Virus record (IMG/VR): IMGVR_UViG_3300042893_000474
Location: 1-64,000 of that record
DNA length: 64,000 bases
Source: a virus
Direction: 5' to 3' (one strand)
Shown here: piece after piece, positions 61,601 through 64,000 of the stretch
Layout: the number at the start of each line of letters is the position of its first letter
Numbering within the stretch: the stretch's first letter is position 1
Translations under genes and position numbers: made by a program
Notes under the pieces: model-generated
The model's database searches: none
Told to the model about the DNA's origin: nothing
Seen by the model: the letters and a program-made list of their open reading frames with translations, nothing else

Positions 61601-62039
61601 TCCTTTGGGAGATTACGTACAAATTCAACAAAAGATATCTGATTTACAAAAAGATATCCTAAAGAGAGACCCTCAAGATAATGTCTACTTTATGGAAGGC
61701 GAGTGGGATAAAATGTCTAAACCTGATGTAGAAGAAATGAAATCTAAAGTTGCTGAGTGGGGAGTTCTTAAAGTAGAAAAGATGATGATGGAGTCGTCAA
61801 ACCCAGTTATTGAAGCTGCTAAAATGGAAAAAGACATTAGTGCTTATGAAGGTTCTCAAGATGTAAAACAGATAGAATTTATGTTGCAAGACTTTTATGA
61901 TGTTAAATTACCTAAAGCTCCTAAGAATGAACAGACTGAATTTTATAAATCAGTAGAGAAAGCATTTCAAAAGAATAGACGTAGCACTATCCAGAAAAGT
62001 TTTGAGCAACTACAACAAAGCCAGATGTCTCCAGAATAA
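55602..62039 (+). CDS. giant cargo protein with zincin metallopeptidase domain
   Basis: 2145 aa; LIHEAVH (56388-56402) plus downstream EEFVSE; C-terminal hydrophobic hairpin. Confidence 0.78.
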   Translation: MSCFAKIKSPLNGKTITSPAYYQLTSFFPPAEGRRIYEATTTISFKTEIGFDWTKRQQGYSPKLNFAGEPTLDQINTHLRLNLNPREIRAGEQMDEVASLGYLNKGYANPNAFNLITNEINLNPKYSLIESEVLARDGKYYLSVKPVPNGKSVKPVSKDYLRTVKFPDMIVNSVEDFSNAGLIELMDNLLKNKELPPFQHKMLERLRNLMKINPTLKLAVFDDAEVDQEFQRSFYDPKSNTIYIGKTITSDFNKESFARELIHEAVHAYTISALTNPVTAEENRFRQEMERYISEYKSKFPRLQQQYGFKNVEEFVSEYLSNPYFRNDLQEAERTSKDKTFIGRVTGNIKRFLKNVLGLGDTLFDRVNQTIDDYFDYLENLEDMPDLAGEHELRFNQPYAAQPVNPLSVNLSQFQQYVDSTFNSSSWKQLSQGLSEIDPRFASIERIREKFGNISSASLGSTIKSSIDYLVAIEQLVDRVAKDVDLHRDNLGYYSSEDAVSVFNHAIHIAEFVQEQMAAYNQYLMPQLRMEQTKTDLDINPVGAAEFRQERRSQVENFDIVSQELIAKLKGISNKSNSLKSEAKSSILAPVASQLSEPFILIAAQLKEPNSQLNQEIDAKEKLYQQALASNQNKKAADMLKDLNQLRMFRDWVPTQQNIIKLLQTGMNPEYTGANFFTIYLGVANMTGSPLVQVVKEYLDVHLTEAGNKSLEYTNRASKLFDKIEARNKKQGIRWTQSIDNFYKNLTREVDMVYYDANGVRRVVKQLAYNTKFKEAEFRNDLQELKRNVDSAKKGGVEAEIVEAQEKLQKFLDDYAVRPYTDEYYEAEDLLISEARDARADLLDQLEEHQAVFGDAEASQEERKHRTELRRAYERLGSIYNEDGTEKPKGTKERNIADSIIAYKNKRKALEAIEFVIPDKVKVRFDIEKNSRKQKVADLERKISILNTDIADEIALGQDPTTKQNELVDITAQLEIAKNDLTKWLNANTRTEIDPEFFELQRSIADKIKNIFLKYGEDPLLSEAYDELFNSVKGYRDQDGIIVGSQIQRGLGQTIKDLETKIEKLKEDAEENRQISDQDKETLKVLFKQISDIQTKETTEYYVEQYNSVARAARVDLYADAQQVIEIKELSEKLADQYIENEGLVDEDLELDDNLPVLNHPSEFGTDKHRNDLISSYENMITEMRLQQRIKESDWYKGNHISIKKSYTDKKTGKKVIKIYERPIYIWNRTIPRNAAYIKQENPNFDWAVPRVRDEYKNKDYNFLGSARPRQTTDNKYTNEVYTKSLQDDKDIADEMVGLYEDIQRNLPVSQRLEGYVVPNKTREAKENITDMFTNPLARFKGWVDGWKLIFKPGLAGEDQYEDEISSLINEEDKQKISKSKRKVQLIKTRYKEPLNTNQVSRVLVQSLAEYGAYAAEFGGLKKAMPAVFAAREAALETNIPDGDVQMLDNEIQRFFYGGEVSNTSLGNNPYMKATMRAMRRMFRFSQSRVLLFNFLRVFKNIFNNFLKIVLSKNKYGLTRKELLRAWWKGLNMRRSLVSLEIGSKQHSDYALKLVHFRALPAADPTKLASNVHQTSIFKYANAENFSGQIFGYMEMASTIPIYEALIARLDVPIVINGQQTRINLSDAYEVIDGILVPKEGVFGLELNAMRSLVEDRKQIISTYLAQEGVSTIEKLSSAQKTKLKGLLTSIDVKINSLEKVNSVKQEKLKLIEQQLRDQIHELYTSTQGNYYGRSRSAYEKNLFASMVMSMRRWLAPNLQTNFGQRRLSLYTGNLEGGFYAEGGKSLLRKMRYLVAGERMDLGSTEFEKEKHQRIFRDTLNVVGLHAISLGLTSLLFMGLGGGGDDDPSKLLSLLAIISLGTYDEAISLHPLLAPANWTYKTFFRQPLARPGDEEGGASSAVRHGLYALFGPQMRSFDQIFEAIFDSRNITDPFEPYYEQRRDMGGNSIVNTPAPTRGLPRVLAMAMKYYGVESGLKPFYAPRKRVMDMLKLNPMLGMQDPLGDYVQIQQKISDLQKDILKRDPQDNVYFMEGEWDKMSKPDVEEMKSKVAEWGVLKVEKMMMESSNPVIEAAKMEKDISAYEGSQDVKQIEFMLQDFYDVKLPKAPKNEQTEFYKSVEKAFQKNRRSTIQKSFEQLQQSQMSPE

Positions 62040-62047
62040 GAAATAAC

Positions 62048-62077
62048 TTGACAAAATAACAATTAAAATTAACTTTG
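62048..62077 (+). promoter_or_regulatory. Bacteroidota-type promoter
   Basis: TTG 62048-62050, 19-nt spacer, TAACTTTG 62070-62077. Confidence 0.75.
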
Positions 62078-62124
62078 TATTGTCGGGCGAAAGCCGAGTG
62101 GCAACACTGTAAAGATTAAATAAA

Positions 62125-64000
62125 ATGGACAATTCACAACTACTAAACGAACAAGCTAGGAAACTTAGGCAACTAGCTAACACCCTTGAGTCTGCTACAG
62201 CGTATCAGACCAATGGACAAAACAGATTAAGAGTATCAATCGAGGGCGGAGCTGCTGTTGTTAACACAACTCTTGCACCTGCAACTATGCGTCCCACTTT
62301 AGGTGGTGACTTGCAATTTGGTCTTCCGATTCGAGGCTCAGAAAACTTAACCGATCCCGTAGATCGTTTCCGTGTATCTCAGCCTCAGTCAATGTTTGAT
62401 ACTGACTTTGAATATGGTACACAGCCTACAAAGTGGGAAACAATCAACTTGATTAACAATAGACCCTACGCTACTTATAACGTACAAACCCCTTTGGCTG
62501 TTAGTGCTATTTCTAGCGTTGCTGGTTCTCGTGTCGTAACTGTAACTACTGCTACTTCGGTAGCTGCTGGTTCTCCTGTATTTATCCAAGACGCTACTTC
62601 GGAGTTTGCTAATGGTTTATTTACTGCAAATACTACTGGTACAACATTTACTTACACTGCTCAATATCCAGCACCGACTACAGGTTCTATATTAAACTCA
62701 GGTGTAACTGCGGTATACCAAGGACAAATTTATACAGGAGCTGCAATCGGAACTGCTCCAACTTTTGGTTGGACTTCTGGCTTATTAATTCCTGTTACAA
62801 CTACCGTTCCTCACGGATTGGCTTTAGGTAATGAGATTGTTGTTACGGGTACTTCTCAAGCTAACGCAAACGGTGCGTGGACAGTTGTTCGTATTATATC
62901 TGAAACTCAGTTTGCATATTATGCTACTACAGCCCCTGCTGCTAACCCTACAGGTGGATTAGTATTTAGCCGTCCTCAAGGTTCTGCTTTACATAGAGCG
63001 TTTGATGGAGGTGTTAAATTCTCATCTAACGCACAATCTGCAAACGAGCAGTTGATTCGTCAGACTCGTAAATACTTCCGTTATCAATCTGGTAAAGGTA
63101 TTATGATGTCTACGGGTTCTATTTTGAAGCCATCTTTTAACCCTGATTTGATTACATCTGTTGGAACTTTAGTTACTGTTAATACTAAAGAGGCTCACAG
63201 TCTTCAGTTTGGGGCTCAGATTGTAGTACTTGGTTGTGTAGAAACTGCATATAATGGTACATTCAACGTAACAGCAGTAATTAGCCCTACTCAGTTTCAA
63301 TATGTTGCTGGTTCAACTCCTAGTGCTGCTTCAGCCTCAGGGCAATACCAAATATATGTAAACGCTTGGGTAGGTTCTATTTGTCGTTTAGGTATGTACG
63401 ATGAACAGAACGGAATGTTTTTTGAATTTGACGGACAAACTTTGTACGCTGTTCGCAGGGCCTCTGTTTATCAAATTTCAGGTAGTATCACAGTAAATAA
63501 CGGGGCAAATCTTGTAACGGGCGTAGGTTCTGAGTTTTCAACTCAATTAATTGCTAACGATAAGGTTGTAATTAAAGGACAGTCTTATAAAGTTGTTAGA
63601 GTAATTAGTGATACTCAATTCACAATCAATCCTTCATATAGAGGACCCTCTATTACCGCACCTTCTTTTGCGTATGTAACTAAGACTGTAGACACAAAAA
63701 TTCCTCAGTCTCTTTGGAACATTGATAGAATGAATGGTGCTGGTGGAACTGCTAACCCATCAGGATTTAACTTGGATTTATCTAAGATGCAGATGTTCTA
63801 CATCGATTATTCTTGGTATGGTGCAGGACCGATTCGTTGGGGATTCCGTGGTGCAAATGGTCAAGTGACTTATTGCCACAAGTTATCTAACAACAACGTA
63901 AATCTTGAGGCATATATGAGATCGGGTAACTTACCTGCTCGTTATGAGACAAGTACAGTACCTCCTACAACTCGTATTATTTCAAATGTAGGTGCAAGTG
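62125..64000 (+). CDS. large beta-rich virion/fibre protein, 3' truncated by the window (not in ORF track)
   Basis: Open from ATG 62125 (MDNSQLLNEQ...) to the window end; repeated HGL...VVTG...NG.W/F.V modules; DTDFEYG and YFRYQSGKG motifs. Confidence 0.75.
   Translation, partial: MDNSQLLNEQARKLRQLANTLESATAYQTNGQNRLRVSIEGGAAVVNTTLAPATMRPTLGGDLQFGLPIRGSENLTDPVDRFRVSQPQSMFDTDFEYGTQPTKWETINLINNRPYATYNVQTPLAVSAISSVAGSRVVTVTTATSVAAGSPVFIQDATSEFANGLFTANTTGTTFTYTAQYPAPTTGSILNSGVTAVYQGQIYTGAAIGTAPTFGWTSGLLIPVTTTVPHGLALGNEIVVTGTSQANANGAWTVVRIISETQFAYYATTAPAANPTGGLVFSRPQGSALHRAFDGGVKFSSNAQSANEQLIRQTRKYFRYQSGKGIMMSTGSILKPSFNPDLITSVGTLVTVNTKEAHSLQFGAQIVVLGCVETAYNGTFNVTAVISPTQFQYVAGSTPSAASASGQYQIYVNAWVGSICRLGMYDEQNGMFFEFDGQTLYAVRRASVYQISGSITVNNGANLVTGVGSEFSTQLIANDKVVIKGQSYKVVRVISDTQFTINPSYRGPSITAPSFAYVTKTVDTKIPQSLWNIDRMNGAGGTANPSGFNLDLSKMQMFYIDYSWYGAGPIRWGFRGANGQVTYCHKLSNNNVNLEAYMRSGNLPARYETSTVPPTTRIISNVGAS

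Noticed and set aside
750-62589. Minus-strand and nested ORFs in the track
   Set aside because: All overlap long plus-strand genes and read as antisense shadows with no protein motifs
1-64000. Stop-codon reassignment (TAG/TGA), known in some crAss lineages
   Set aside because: Genes up to 8 kb are intact in code 11, and TAG serves as a real stop (e.g. 8064, 35705, 47448)
1-64000. tRNA genes, CRISPR arrays, DGR template/variable repeats, integrase
   Set aside because: No cloverleaf, spaced repeat array, long near-duplicate or reverse transcriptase/recombinase motif was visible on manual reading

Overview
A 64 kb, entirely plus-strand late/virion region of a Crassvirales-like (crAss-like) podovirus of a Bacteroidota host, read in standard genetic code 11. 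Gene order: holin and YkuD-type endolysin; an unusual 6.8 kb operon of exported proteins (secreted HExxH peptidase, cohesin-dockerin-T9SS scaffold, two membrane proteins, CsgG-like lipoprotein, putative outer-membrane beta-barrel, a second dockerin protein carrying an inserted domain, small secreted protein); regulators; TerL, portal, scaffold, major capsid protein and the conserved crAss-type capsid/ring/tail genes; a ferritin-like protein; small 'xxGG'-motif internal proteins; three giant ejected cargo proteins (PD-(D/E)xK nuclease, virion RNA polymerase with DYDID, zincin); and a truncated fibre-like gene. Seven Bacteroidota-type promoters (TTG-N19/20-TAnnTTTG) and several hairpin terminators are visible. 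The most striking unexplained signals are: (1) the three giant cargo proteins (7142 aa in total) contain only four cysteines, all at the facing termini, which suggests a head-to-tail disulfide chain; (2) the phage-encoded cohesin/dockerin/CsgG host-surface module; (3) repeat-delimited domain cassettes on the RNAP tail; (4) a candidate antisense sRNA and a palindromic operator family. All family assignments come from motif recognition and gene order; no database search was run.
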